Part shown: positions 25,800-39,390 of the stretch, piece after piece
How the letters are laid out: the number at the start of each line of letters is the position of its first letter
Numbering within the stretch: position 1 is the first letter of the stretch
Source: Malacoraja senta
Lineage: Eukaryota
Assembly: GCA_038087875.1 (NCBI GenBank)
Contig: CM075989.1
Span: 5,642,001 to 5,706,000, forward strand
DNA: 64,000 nt
Direction: 5' to 3'
Made by a program: the position numbers and the translations under genes
Notes under the pieces: model-generated
The model's input: the letters and a program-made list of their open reading frames with translations, nothing else
Database searches by the model: none
Told to the model about the DNA's origin: nothing

Positions 25800-26860
25800 G
25801 TGAGAGAGGGTCTGATTGAGGAGAAATTCTGTTTTGTTACTGTTTAATTTAAGGAAGTTGAGTTGCTGACAGGCAGGAGTTGATATGGGAGAGAGGGGGG
25901 TGGTGGGGGGACTTGGTGCTGAGATAGATCTGGGTGTCATCAGCATAGCAGTGGAAGTCCAGGTTGAAGTGACGGAGGATATGACCAAGGGGGAGGATGT
26001 AGATGATGAAGAGGAGGGGACCGAGAACGGAGCCTTGGGGAACGCCTTGAGTGACAGTGGCTGTGGCAGAGGTGTGGTTATGGAGAGAGATGAAGTGGGA
26101 TCGGTTGGAAAGGTAGGAACGGAGCCAGCTGAGTGCAGAACCTTCAATGCCAAGGTCTTTGAGTCTGGTAAGCAGGATGTTATGGTTCTCGGTATCGAAG
26201 GCTGCACTCAGGTCGAGGAGGATGAGGATGTTGAGGGAACCAGTGAGGAGGTCGTTGAGGACTTTGAGGAGAGCAGTTTCTGTGCTATGGAGGGGGCGAA
26301 AGCCAGATTGGAGGGGTTCGTACAGGTTGTATGCGAGGAGGTGGGAATGAAGTTGTGACGCGACGATACGCTCCAGGGTTTTTGAAAGAAAGGGGAGGTT
26401 TGAGATAGGGCGGTAGTTGATGAGAGAGGAGGGATCAAGACCAGGTTTCTTGAAGATTGGTGTGACAGCAGCAGTTTTGAAAGCAGAGGGGACAATTCCT
26501 TGGGACAATGAGGAGTTGAAGAGATTAGTGAGGTAGGGGCAGAGAGCGGGGAGGCAGGACTTCAGCAGGGGAGTGGGGAGAGGGTCGAGGGAGCAGGTAG
26601 TGGGTTTGGAAGAGCTGATGAGTTTGGAGATTTCAGTAGGGGTGACCGGGTCAAACTGGGAGAGGAAGCAGTGTGGAGGAGGGGTAAGGAGGTCAGTGGA
26701 GATGTTGAAAGGAGGGGCCTTGGTAGGTGGTGGAGTAGATGCTGGGGAGTCGGGTACAGGGGATAAAGATTGATAGATGGTGCTGATTTTGTCAGCGAAA
26801 AAGTGGAGGTATGAGTTGCAGAGATCCGGAGTGGAGGTAGGGAGAGTGTTGGCTCAAGGC
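25800..26860 (-). mobile_element. L2-clade LINE RT fragment
   Basis: [56 protein letters not shown]. Confidence 0.9.
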
Positions 26861-26959
26861 TTGAGGCAGCAACTCTACTGCTTCACTACCGTGCCACCCT
26901 TTATATCATATACATGAGATACATATTCTCTTTCCCACAGTTACCATTGTTTAATCTAT

Positions 26960-28082
26960 CTGGCCTTAAGGAATATTGAGTCTTCAAAATGTAATCTGAA
27001 TAATAACCAATACTTTAAATATTTACAGATATGTGACTATAAAACAATATATACCAAGACTACAGAGCATAATGATAGACCCACTGGAAGAAGCAATGAA
27101 TATTAAGGCGGACTCGCAAAAAATAATATCATATTTATATAATAGTATTCTTAATAGAGAATTGCCATCAACAGAGGCAATTAGAGAAGACTGGGAAAAA
27201 GAATTAATGACAACAATTTCTAAAGAAACATGGGAGAGGTATTTGATATATATACATAAATGTTCGATTAACGCCAGACATAATTTAATTCAATTTAAAA
27301 TATTACATAGATTATATTATTCAAAAGTTAGGTTGAATAAATTTTATCCAAATATTTCTCCCATCTGTGATAAATGTCTTTCTCAAAATGCCAATATCAC
27401 ACATTCTTTCGTTTATTGCACAAAACTTCATGGATTTTGGTGTGATATATTTGATATATTTACTAGTTTATTTAAGGTAAAAATGGAAACTAATATGGAA
27501 ACGATTATCTTCGGAGTAAAGGAGACGGAAACAAATTAAATATATCCCAAATTTCATTTTTTTATTATGGTTTAATAACAGCAAAAAAACTCATACTTAA
27601 ATTTTGGAAAAATGCTACTATACCAACACTCAAAATGTGGATTGGTAATATGTTGGAAACTGCCCACTTGGAAGAAATGAGACTCCTCCTAATAGACAAA
27701 CAAGACCAATTCTTAACCAGTTGGTCTCCATTTATTGACCTTGTGGATTCATGTGGTGCAATAGTATTGTAACATTTAAAAATTCTGGGTTTGGGCGAAA
27801 AATGATTAAGAATATAGAAAAGCATGGACTTGTGGCGAGGGAGAATCTCCTTTCTGCTTCACTTTCTTACTTATTTATTTTCTTTATCTCACACTCACTA
27901 GACTTTTCTTTACTCTTCACTATTTCTTTCTTTCTCATTTCTTTCTAAAAACATTTTTTTTAAAGGAAGTTGTACATAGAATGTTTTAATAATTCTGGGA
28001 ACCTGTAAAAAGGTACCATCAAAATGTAATGTACTCATTTCTAATAAATAAAATATTTTAAAAAAAAGAAGAAAAAAAGAAA
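26960..28082 (+). mobile_element. L1-clade LINE 3' fragment (ORF2 C-terminus with Cys/His knuckle, 3'UTR, poly-A)
   Basis: LIQFKILHRLYY...CDKC..NANITHSFVYC; AATAAA plus an A-rich tail at ~28043-28082. Confidence 0.88.
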
Positions 28083-29129
28083 TATTGAGTCTTTCTCTGG
28101 ATTTGTACCACACCAGCCTGACCTCTGTGATTCTCAGCTTGTCTCCCCTACTATCGTCCTCCACATCTTTGTACACTCCCTGCATTAGAACGTATGGGCG
28201 GCACAGTGCAGTGGTGGAGCTACTGCCTTACAGCGCCAGAGACCTGGGTTCGATTGTGACTACGGGGGCTAGCCTGTACGGAGTTTGTACGTTCTCCCCG
28301 TGACCTGCGTGGGTTTTCCCCGAGATCTTCGGTTGCCTCCCACACTCCAAAGACGTACAGATTGGTAGGTTAATTGGCTTGGTGTGAATGCAAAGTTGTC
28401 CCCAGTATGTGTGGGATGGTGTTAATAGACAATAGACAATAGGTGCAGGAGTAGGCCATTCGGCCCTTCGAGCCAGCACCGCCATTCAATGTGATCATGG
28501 CTGATCATCCACAATCAGTACCCCGTTCCTGCCTTCTCCCCATATCCCCTGACTCCGTTATTTTTAAGAGCCCTATCTAGCTCCCTCTTGAAAGCATCCA
28601 GAGAATCTGCCTCCACCTCCCTCTGAGGCAGAGAATTCCACAGACTCACCACTCTCTGTGAGAAAAAGTGTTTCCTCGTCTCCGTTCTAAATGGCAGGGA
28701 TCGCTGGTCAGTGCGGACTGGTGGGCAGAAGAGTCTGTTTCCATTCTGTATCTCTAAACTAAACCAAAGCTGGGGAAGGAGTTCAACGGGACTATTTAAT
28801 ATGGTGCGTGATATCCCGTCAATTCCTCAACATAACATTAAATTTCTTCTCAGGTTCAGCTCCCAGAATTGCTACTTGAATAATTGATAGTATGATTATT
28901 ACAGTGAGATTCACACAAGCTTTCTTATCTACCTATAACTTTCCCTTCCATTGCTGAAGGCAGTGTAAGACTATTGAAGAAGGAGCTATTTTGTCTTAGA
29001 GTAGCTGTGACTCACCGGGTTACGCTGTTATCTCTGAGAGTTGATTTTCAGTTCAGACTGCCAAGACAAGTTGGAAACACCCAGGCTAATGACAGTCAGA
29101 AGTATAAGGATGTGGATGTAAAGGATAAA

Positions 29130-30625
29130 GAGTCATACTCATAGAGTGATACAGTGTGGAAACAGGCCCTTCGGCCCAACGCGCCCACACTGGCCAACAA
29201 TGTCCCAGCTACACTAATCCCACTTGCCTGCGATTGGCCCATATCACTCCAAACCTGTCCTATCCATGTACCTGTATAACTGTTTCTTAAACAATGGGAT
29301 AGTCTCAGCCTCAACTACCTCCTCTGGCAGCTTGTTCCATACACCCACCACCCTTTGTGTGAAATAGTTATCCCTCTGATTCCTATCTTTTCCCCTTCAC
29401 CTTGAACCGATGTCCTTTGGTCCCCGATTCCCCTACTCTGGCAAAAGACTGTGCGTCTACCCATTTTATTCCTTTCATGATTTTGTACACCTCTATAAGA
29501 CCTCCCCTCATCCTCTTATGCTCCATGGAATAGAGACCCAGCGTACTCAACCTCTCCCTATAGCTCACACCCTCTAGTCCTGGCAACATCCTCGTAAATC
29601 TTTTCTAAACCCTTTCAAGCGTGACAATATCTTTCCTATAACGATGCCCAGAACTGAACACAATATTCTAAATGCGGCCTAACCAATGTCTTATACAACT
29701 GCAACATGACCTCCCAACTTCTATACTCAATACTCTGACTGATGAAGACCAAAGTGCCAAAAGCCTATTTGACCACCTTATCTACCTGCGACTCCACCTT
29801 CAAGGAGCCATGCACCTGTACTCTTAGATCCCTCTGCTCTACAACACTACCCAGAGGCCTACCATTTACTGTGTAGGTCCTGCCCTTGTTCGACGTCCCA
29901 AAATGCAACATTTCATATTTCTCTGTATTAAATTCCATCAATCATTCCTCCGCCCACTTGGCCAATCGATCAAGATCCTGCTGCAATCGTTCACAACCAT
30001 CTTCACTATCTGCAAAACCACTCAATTTAGTATCATCAGCAAACTTGCTAATCTTGCCCTGTATGTCTCATCCAAATCATTGATGTAGATGACAAACAGT
30101 AATGGGCCCAGCACCGAACCCTGAGGCACACCACTAGTCACAGGCCTCCAGTCCGACAAGCAACTTTCCACCATCACCCTCTACTTCCTTCCATGGAGCT
30201 AATTTTCTATCCATTCAGCTATCTCCCCTTGGATCCCATGAGATCTAACCTTCCAGAGCAGCCTACCATGCGGAACCTTGTCGAATGCCTTGCTGAAGTC
30301 CATGTACACAACATCTACAGCTCTGCCCTCATCAACCTTTATGGTCCCGTCTTCAAAAAAATCAATCAGATTTGTGAGACACGACCTCCCACGTACAAAA
30401 CCATGCTGACTATCCCGAATCACCCCTTGCCCATCAGAATGCCTGTATATCCTATCCCTCAGAATACTCTCCAGTAACTTACCAACTACAGATATTAAGC
30501 TCACCGGCCTATAGTTCCCCACATTTTCCCTGCAGCCCATCTTGAAAAGAGGTACAACATTTGCCACCCTCCAGTCTTCCGGCACCTCTCCTGTATTTAA
30601 GGACGACTTCGTAAATTTCAACTAG
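29130..30625 (-). mobile_element. CR1-clade LINE RT fragment
   Basis: VPEDWRVANVVPLFK, NYRPVSL, QHGF..GRSCLTNL, YMDFSKAFDKVPH; its 3' tail resembles the SINE tail. Confidence 0.9.
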
Positions 30626-30634
30626 GAGGAGGAG

Positions 30635-31105
30635 GTGTACGGGAATGATCCTGGGAATGATTGGGTTAACGTATGATGAGCGTTTGACGGCACTGGGCCT
30701 GTACTCAAAGTTTAGAAGGGGAACCTCATTGAAACATACTGAACAGTGAATAGCCTGGATAGAGCGGATGTGGAGAGGATGTTTCCACTAGTGGCAGAGT
30801 CTAGGACCAGAGACCTTAGCCTTAGAATAAAATAACATTCTTTAAGAAAGGAGATGAGAAGGAATTTCTTTAGTCAGAAGGTGGTAATTCTGTGGAATTC
30901 ATTGCCACAGTCGGCCGTGGAGGCCGTTAATTGATATTTTTAAACCATCGATAGATAGATAGATAGATTAGTACGGGTGTCAGGGGTTATGGGGAGAAGG
31001 CAGGAGAATGTGGTTGAGAGGGAAAGATAGATCAGCCATGATTGAATGGCGGAGTAGACCTGATCGGCCGAGTGGTCTAATTCTGCTCCTATAAATTATG
31101 AACTA
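30635..31105 (+). mobile_element. CR1-clade LINE 3' fragment (degenerate)
   Basis: Nucleotide similarity to the other CR1 3' ends in the window. Confidence 0.75.
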
Positions 31106-31641
31106 ATAAGTACCACCATTCAATTTATGTTGTTAAATTTAAGGCACCTTCTATGCTCATGTGTGAAGATCTCATGAACACAAATTGTGAATTTCTCTCT
31201 GGTTCCCTCTCCCATTACTTAGTCAGATTATCTGGTGATTATCACATTGCTATGTGCGTTTGCCTGGAGCGGCACCATGATGCTACGGTGGAGTTGCTGC
31301 CTTACAGCGCCAGAGACCAGGGTTTGAAGCTGACTATGGGTGCTGTCTGTGCGGAGTTTGCACGTTCTCCCCGTGACTGCGTGGGGTTTATCTGGGTGCT
31401 TTGGTCTTCTCCACATTCCAAAGACGTGCTGGTTTGTAGGTGGTTTATACGTGTGTCGTATAAAACAAGTGTATGGGTGATCGATGGTCAGCGTGGACTT
31501 GGTGGGCTGAAGTCAGTTTCCACAATGTACGTATCGTACAATGTATGTCACTATGCTCAGCTAAATTTGACTGTCACACACAGAACATCGAACAGTACAG
31601 CACAGGAACAGGCCGAAAATAGACGCAAAAAGCTGGAGTAA

Positions 31642-31923
31642 AGGGCTTGTCCCACTGTACGAGGTAATTCAAGAGCTCTCCCGAGTTAAAAAAAAAAATC
31701 AAACTCGTGGTAAACACGTAGAATGTACAGAGCGGGTACGTCGGAGCTCGGGACGTCTCTTAGCGGCTCGTAACGCTAACGGCAGGTACTCTGGAAACGC
31801 GGTCGAAAAATGTCCACGAGAGCCCCGAGTACCTACGAGCGGCTATTTCCGTTATTCTCCGAGTTCGAATCAGGGGAAACTCGGGAGAACTCTTGAATTA
31901 GCTCGTACAGTGGGAGAGCCCTA
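31642..31923. mobile_element. Harbinger-type MITE
   Basis: Long TIR beginning AGGGCTTGTCCCACTGTACGAG; TAA flanks at 31639-31641 and 31924-31926; inserted in a pLTR repeat. Confidence 0.85.
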
Positions 31924-32520
31924 TAACTCAGCGGGTCAGACAGCATCTCTGGAGAAAAGGAATAGGTGACGTTTCGGGTCGAGACCAGTCTGAAGAAGGA
32001 TGTCTATCTTTGTTTTAAACAGTTCCTCCCAGATAGGAACAGGCCCTTCAGTCAACAATGTTCGGACCAAAGATGTTGCCATATTAAACCAATGTGCCTG
32101 CACGTGATCCATATCCCTCCTTTCCCTGCACATCCATGTGCCTAACTAAAAACCTCTTAGAATAAATTATTGTATCTGCCTCCACTACCACCCCCTGCAG
32201 CGAATTCCAGGCACCCACCACCTCCGTGTAAACTTGGCTGTCTCGAATATCTCCTTTAAACTTTGGCCCTCTCACTTTAAAACTATGCCCTCTAGTATTT
32301 GACATTTCTACTCTGAGAACAAAAGTTCTGACTGTCTACCCTATCTATGGTCCTCATAATGTTTTATATTTCTGACATTCCTTTGGCATTCCAGAGAAAA
32401 CAATGCATATTTGTACAACCTTACAGCTAATATGCCCTGATCCAGGCAGCGTTCTGGTAAACTCCTCTGCACCCTCTCCAAACCCTCCACATCCTTCCTG
32501 AAATGGGGCAACCAGAAATA

Positions 32521-32840
32521 GGGCAGCATGGTGGTGCAGTGATAGAGCTACTGCCTTACAGCGCCAGAGACCCTGCTTCGATCCTGACTACAGGTGCTTG
32601 TCTGTACGGAGTTTGTACGTTCTCCCCGTGACCTGCGTGGGTTTTCTCAAAGATCTTCGGTTTCCTCCCACACGCCAAAGACATACAGGTTTGCAGGTTA
32701 ATTGACCTGGTATAAATGTAAACATTGTCCTTTGTGTGTGTAGGGCGGTGTGAATGTGTGGGGATCGCTGGTCTGCGCGGCCCCGGTGGGCCGAAGGGCT
32801 TGTTTCTGTACTGTATCTGAATCTCTCAACTAAACTAAAC
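32521..32840 (+). mobile_element. V-domain tRNA SINE
   Basis: Same family, (CTAAA)n tail. Confidence 0.85.
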
Positions 32841-34269
32841 TGCATGTCTTGGTTCCCACATCAGTAACTTCCAAAGTACTTACTTGGTTGTCATGGAGGA
32901 GATACAGGAGAATGCAATTCCTAAAATCTGGAACAAAAAACAAACTGCTGGATGAGCTCAGTGGGTCAAGCAGCATCTATGGAGGCAAAACATCGATTCT
33001 CCCTTTGCCTCCACAGATGCTGCTTGACCCGTTGTGTTCCTCCAGCAGTTCATCTTATGCTCATTGTCATGTGTATCGAGTCATCCTTAAGTCGTGCAGG
33101 GCGTGTCATTATTGTGCTCTCATTGTATTAGGATTCCACTGGTGAAGGCGATAATCTATTGTTCTGATGCCATGGGACAGGCACCATTCATAAGGTATTG
33201 CCGGAAACCATTAGTTTAGTTTAGTTTAGAGACAGAGAGCAGAAGTTGTCTTGTTTCGACCTGAAACGTCATCCATTCCTTCTCTCCAGAGATGCTGCCT
33301 GTCCCGCTGAGTTACTCCAGCATTTTGTGTCTATCTTCAGTTTAAACCAGCACATGCCATTCCTCCCTACACAGTGCTGAAGCAGGCCTCTCGGCCCACC
33401 AAGTCCACGCCGACCAACAATTCCAATACACCATGGACAATTTTGTACAATTTTACCAAGCCATAGTCTACAAACCTGTACGTCTTTGGAGTGTGGGAGG
33501 AAACCGGAGCATCCGGAAAAAACACGCGCAGGTCACGGGGAGAACGTACAAACTCCAGACAGACAGCACCCGTAGTCAGGATCAAGCCCGGGTCTTTGGC
33601 GCTGCAAGGCAGCAACTCTATCACTGCGCCACCCTGCCGCCCTAACATTAACCAAATGTTAAACAATTTCACCTGGATCCCATTCACATGCCCTTTTCCT
33701 GTAGCAGCTGCGAACATCTAGAGGGAAGACACTGACTGCAGATAGGTGTGAATAGTGTATAAAATCGTCAGGGTGAATGTACATGAAAGAACTAGAGGGC
33801 ATAGCTTTACGTTTAGAGGGGAAATAATTAAGGTCAGCTTTTTCACTGAGAATGGTATATATATGGAACGGGCTTCCAAAGGAAATGATTGAGGCAAGTA
33901 TAATAACAACACTTAGAAAACGTTTGGAAAGTTACTTGTACGGGAAAGGTTCAGAGGGAAATGGATCAAATATGGGCAAATGGGACTAGTTTAAATGAGA
34001 ATATTGGTTGGCATGGAGAAGATGGGCCGAAGGGCCTGTTTCCGTACTGTATGACTAAGTGTAGGAAGGAACTGTAGATGCTGGTTTACAATGGAGATAG
34101 ACACAAAATGCTGGAGTAACTCAGCGGGTCAGGCAGCATCTCTGGGGAGAAGGAATAGGTGACATTTCAGGTCAGAACCTTTCTTCAGACTAAATTTTAT
34201 GACTATCTTCTGCATGATTCTAAGTATCTTCTCAGCCAGTGGTATTGATGTCGGATGGAGCAGCAATGT

Positions 34270-34585
34270 TTAGTTTTAGAGATACAGCGCGGAAACAAGC
34301 CCCTCGGCCCCCGAGTCTGCACCGACCAGCGACCCCCACACACTAACACTATCCCACACACACTAGGGACAATTTTACATTTGATATCAAGCCAATTAAC
34401 CTACAAACCTGCACGTCTTTGGAGTGCAGGAGGGAAGCGAAGCTCTCGGAGAAAACCCACGCTGGTCACGGGGAGAACGTACAAACGTTGTTTAGACAAA
34501 CACCCTTAGTCAGGATCGAACCCGTGTCTCTGGCGCTGCAAATGCTGTAAGGCATCAACTCCACCGCTGCGCCACCATGCCACCC
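34270..34585 (-). mobile_element. V-domain tRNA SINE just upstream of the gnrhr acceptor
   Basis: Same family, minus strand. Confidence 0.85.
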
Positions 34586-34662
34586 TGTTGAAGGCTTGTG
34601 TTAGAACAAGGCATCTTCCCAACCTTGCTGAATGTGTAACAAGCTTCTTGTTTCACCTGCAG

Positions 34663-34819
34663 GCTGTGAGAACTGGAATACCCATTGGGGTTAATGTATA
34701 AATAAATGAACCTTGGCAAACTCAAGATCCCGAGGCTGCACTGACACTGACAAGATTCCCTTTGAGTCCGTTGCCATCAAGCAGGTATCCAGCTGACTGT
34801 TCGGAGCCCGGCACCTATA
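34663..34819 (+). other. Probable 5'UTR portion of the first coding exon of gnrhr
   Basis: A pyrimidine-rich acceptor cttcttgtttcacctgcAG ends at 34662, 157 nt upstream of the ATG. Two short uORFs lie inside. Confidence 0.55.
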
Positions 34820-35368
34820 ATGAACGCCAGTCTTGACGCTTTCATCGGCCTCTACCTTCGTCAGACTCGCTGTGACTACAATGGCACGGATGACGCCATG
34901 GACACGGCGTGGAGGTGTAACGGCAGCGGCAGCCCTCACTTTCAGATCCCCGTCTTCTCCGGCGCGGCCAAGGTGAGGGTGGGGATCACCGCCCTGGTCT
35001 TCACCGTCTCCGCCTTCTGCAACCTGGCCGTGCTGTGGACCACCGGCCGCAACCGCAAGAGGAAGTCCCACGTCCGGATCCTGATCGTCAACCTGGTGGT
35101 GGCGGACCTGCTGGTGACCTTCGTGGTCATGCCGCTGGACGCTGCCTGGAACATCACCGTGCAGTGGCAGGGCGGAGACCTGGCCTGCCGGCTCCTCATG
35201 TTCCTCAAGCTGATGGCCATGTACTCCTGCGCCTTCGTCACCGTGGTCATCAGCATCGACCGCCAGTCCGCCATTCTCAACCCGCTGGGCATCAGCGAGG
35301 CCAAAAAGAAGAACAAGATCATGTTGATGGTGGCGTGGCTGCTGAGTGCCATCCTCTCCATCCCGCAG
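34820..35368 (+). CDS. gnrhr: Gonadotropin-releasing hormone receptor (non-mammalian type II class), coding exon 1 of 3 (N-terminus to TM4); full CDS join(34820..35368,44313..44517,47016..47506), 414 aa
   Basis: The ORF contains GnRHR hallmarks FSGAAKVRV, SHVRILIVNLVVADLLVTFVVMPLDAAWNITVQW, CRLLMFLKL and SIDRQSAI. It ends at ...IPQ followed by donor CAG|GTGAGA (phase 0), the canonical GnRHR intron position in TM4. Confidence 0.96.
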
Positions 35369-35419
35369 GTGAGAACTGCCCAGCGCCAACTGGTATTTCT
35401 AAAGTAAATAAATGGCAAC

Positions 35420-36187
35420 AAGTTGGGTACTATCTAAATGGCGTCAAGTTGGGAAAAGGAGGAGTACAACGGGATCTCGGGGTCCTTGTACATCAGTCTA
35501 TGAAAGTAAGCATGCAGGTACAGCAGACAGTGAAGAAAGCGAATGGCATGTTGGACTTTATAACAAGAGGAATCGAATATAGGAGCAAAGAGGTCCTTCT
35601 GCAGTTGTACAGAGCCTTAGTGAGACCACACCTGGAGTATTGTGTGCAGTTTTGGTCCCCTAATTTGAGGAAGGACATTCTTGCTATTGAGGGCGTGCAG
35701 TGTAGGTTTACAAGGTTAATTCCCGGGATGGCGGGACTGTCATATGCTGAGAGAATGGAGCAGCTGGGCTTGTACACTCTGGAGTTTAGAAGGACGAGAG
35801 GGGATCTCATTGAAACATATAAGATTGTTAAGGGCTTGGACACACTAGAGGCAGGAAACATGTTCCCGATGTTGGGGGAGTCTAGAACCAGGGGCCACAG
35901 TTTAAGAATAAAGAGTAAGCCATTTAGAACGGAGACGAGTAAACACTTTTTCTCGTGGAGAGTGGTGAGTGTGGAATTCTCTGCCTCAGAGGGCAGTGGA
36001 GGCAGGTTCTCTGGATGCTTTCAAGAGAGAGCTGGATAGGGCTCTTAAAAATAGCGGAGTCAGGGGATATGGGGAGAAGGCAGGAACGGGGTACTGATTG
36101 GGGATGATCAGCCATGATCACATTGAATGGCGGTGCTGGCTCGAAGGGCCAGATGGCCTGCTCCTGCACCTGTTGTCTATTGTCTAT
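35420..36187 (+). mobile_element. CR1-clade LINE 3' fragment, ~50 bp into the gnrhr intron
   Basis: YYLNG..L..G.VQRDLGVLVH...HLEYCVQFWSP; tail tgtctattgtctatt. Confidence 0.92.
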
Positions 36188-36250
36188 TTCACTCTGGGAA
36201 CTGAATGCTGGCCAAGTGTTTTTCTGGCTGACTGGCTGCAGTCAATTGCT

Positions 36251-36449
36251 GGTAGACAAAAGTGCTGGCGAAACTCAGTGAGTGCGGCAGCATCTATGGA
36301 GCGAAGGAAATAGGCAACGTTTTGGGCCGTTTTGGCCCGAAACATTGCCTATTTCTTTCGCTCCATAGATGCTGCCGCACCCGCTGAGTTTCTCCAGCAC
36401 TTTTGTCTACCTTCGATTTTCCAACATCTGCAGTTCCTTCTTAAACACT
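36251..36449. mobile_element. Fold-back PLE pLTR-derived mini-element (gnrhr intron)
   Basis: Palindrome at ~36251-36412; direct repeat AGTCAATTGCT at 36240-36250 and 36450-36460. Confidence 0.8.
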
Positions 36450-36659
36450 AGTCAATTGCTAGTAGTTTCAAAGGCAGACCGCCATGAAACTCCTAGACTA
36501 ACGACTGAATGCCCAAGATAGACACAAAATGCTGCAACACACGGCCTGGGTAAATATGCTCCTGGATTCAGCTGGTCAAGCACTTCCAGAACTGTGCCCA
36601 TTTCAATGAAATCCCTTCTCATTCTTTTAAGATAGTGAAATCTGTCCCCATTCAAAATG

Positions 36660-37170
36660 TGTAGGAAGGAACTGCAGATGCTGGTTTGCGCCAAATGATA
36701 GGCGCAAAGTGCTGGAGTAACTCAGTGGGTCAGGCAGCATCTCTGGAGAAAAGGAATAGGAGATGTTTCGGTTTGGGACCCTTCTTCAGACTGTACCATA
36801 GAGAAGGCCAGAACACAACAGGGTCGGCAACAGATGACCTCAGGAAGGGTGGAGCCCACAATGATCCATTGTTGGCTGGGGAAGGTGGTCTAACGCGATG
36901 GATCCAAACAATGGAACATAGGATGACTAGGGTGGGGAAGGGGGTGGGGAGGGGGGTGGGGAAGAGGTGGGTGGGGGGGGGAGAAAGAATGCAGTAGTTA
37001 CTTGAAATTAGAGAAATCAACGTTCATACCCCTGGGGTGTAAGCTGCCCAAGCGAAATATGAGGTGCTGTTCCTCCAATTTGCGCTGGGCCTCACTCCGA
37101 CAGTGGTGAGGCCCAGGCCAGAACGGTCAGTGTGGGAATGAGAAGGGGAGTTAACATGTATGGCAAGCAA
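36660..37170 (-). mobile_element. Penelope-like element 3' fragment in the gnrhr intron after coding exon 1
   Basis: Same GIY-YIG end, UTR and pLTR organisation as the 4180-4740 element, on the minus strand. Confidence 0.75.
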
Positions 37171-38269
37171 GAGATCATAAATCAGCATCTGTAGTTCTTT
37201 CCTACAGATTTAATGTTCAGTTTTGTCTGGAAAACTCTAGTCCATTCCTATTGATTAACAGAAGTTTACAACCAAGCAAAATCATCCTGTACCAGTGAAA
37301 ATATTTTATTAAAGCTATTGCACTGACAAGTTTCTGAAAGCACTGTTTTAGTGTTTAGTTTAGAAATACAGCATGGAAACAGGTGCTTCGGCCCACTGAT
37401 TCCATGCCCACCAACAATCACCCATACACACACTAGTTTATGTTATTTCCACTTTCATAAGGTCATATGTGATAGGAATAGAATTAGCCCATTCAGTCCA
37501 TCAAGTCTACTCTGCCATTCAATCACGGCTAATCTATCCCTTCCTCCCAACCCCATTCTCCTGCCTTCTCCCCATAACCTCTGACACCTAAACTAATCAA
37601 GAATCTACCTATCTCTGCCATAAAAATATCCACTGACTTGGTCTCCACAGCCTTCTATGGAAAACATTTCTACAGGTTCACCACCCTCTGACTAAAGAAA
37701 TGTCTCCTCATCTCCTTCCTAAAAGAACATCCTTTAATTCTAAGGCTATGACCTCTAGTCCTAGATTCTCCCACCAATGGAAACATCCTCTCCACATCCA
37801 CTCTATCCGAGCCTTTCACTATTGTGTATGTTTCAATGATGTCCCCCCTCGATCGTGTGTTCACACTCGTTCTATGCCATCCCACTTTCTCATCCACTCC
37901 CTACGCACTCGGGCAATTTACAGGCCAATTAGCCTAAAAACCCGTACGTCTTTAGGATGTGGGAGGAAACTGGAGCACCTGGAGGAAACCCACGTGGTCA
38001 CTGGGAGAAGGTGCAACACAGACAGACAGCACCCGAGGTCAGGATCGAACCCGGGTCTTTGGCGCTGCGAGGCAGCAACTTTTTACCAGCTGTCCCATTC
38101 TGCAGCTGTACGGTGCAGATTGAAGCTGCTGCAATGTTATTACTTAAAGCATTCTCAGGTTCAGTATAACAGAGTATAAATACAAAGTAAAGCTCTATCA
38201 GCACTTAAACGATTCAAACGCCACCCGTGATCTGCAATATCATTTCCCCATTCTAGACATTGTTAGTTA

Positions 38270-39390
38270 AAGTCAAAGTCAAGTCACATTTATTTATATA
38301 GCACATTTAAAAAACAACTCTCGTTGGCCAAAGTGCTTTACATTTGTTATAAGAATAGCACAACAAAACAAACTACATACATATATACATGTAGCCCTCA
38401 CTCAGAGGACGTCAGGAAAGGCTTGGGAGTATAGATAAGTCTTTAGTCTTGACTTAAAAGAGTCGATGGAGGGGGAAGTTCTGATGGGAAGAGGGATGCT
38501 GTTCCACAGTCTAGGGGCTGCAACCGCAAAGGCGCGGTCGCCCCTGAGCTTATGCCTAGACCGTGGGATATTCAGCAACCCCAAGTCGGCCGATCTGAGG
38601 GGCCTGGAGGTGGAGTGGTGGGTGAGAAGACTTTTTATGCAGGTGGGGGCAAGCCCATTGAGGGCTTTGTAGACATGGAGGAGGATCTTGAAGTTTATAC
38701 GGAACCGCAAAGGGAGACAGTGGAGAGAGGCCAGGATCGGGGTGATGTGGTCCCTTTTTCGGGTGCCCGTCAGGAGTCTCGCTGCGGCGTTTTGGACCAG
38801 TTGCAGGCGGGACAGGGAAGATTGGCTGATGCCAGTGTAAAGGGAGTTGCAGTAATCTAGGCGGGAGGAGATGAATGTGTGGATGATCTTTTCCAAGTCA
38901 TCAAACTGGAGGAATTGTTTTATTTTAGCTATCGTCCGAAGCTGAAAGAAGCTAGCTTTTACCACGGCATTGACTTGTTTGTCAAATTTCAGTGCTGAGT
39001 CAAATATCACGCCAAGGTTTTTGATGTGAGGTTTGAGTAGTGGGGTAAAGCTTCCAAGGCTGCCTGCTATCATTTTGATTGAGTCCGAGGGGCCGAGAAG
39101 GATGACCTCAGACTTACTCTCGTTTAGTTGGAGGAAGTTCTGGGCCATCCAACACTTTATATCCTCGAGGCAGTGGGTAAGGTTAAACAGGTTTGATTGG
39201 TTTTGGGGCTTCAGGGGGAGATAGAGTTGTGTATCGTCTGCGTAGCAATGGAAGGAAATGCCGTGCCTTTCAATGACTTGGCCTAAGGGGAGCATATACA
39301 GGGAGAAGAGAATGGGGCCAAGGATGGAACCTTATGGAACCCCACAGCAGAGATTAGCTGGGGAGGAGAATGAGTTGCCTATGTGGCTCC
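38270..39390 (-). mobile_element. L2-clade LINE 3' fragment (RT C-terminus, 297 aa open)
   Basis: HCYADDTQLY, SRLDYCNSL, LQLVQNAAARLL, HITPILASLH, AFAVAAPRLWNS; L2-type 3' end. Confidence 0.92.

Noticed and set aside
34691..35389. 232 aa antisense ORF over gnrhr exon 1
   Set aside because: Expected shadow of a GC3-rich coding exon; no recognisable motifs.
35035..36039. 334 aa ORF apparently fusing the gnrhr exon to RT sequence
   Set aside because: An off-frame GTG-started read through the splice donor into a CR1 fragment; chance continuity.
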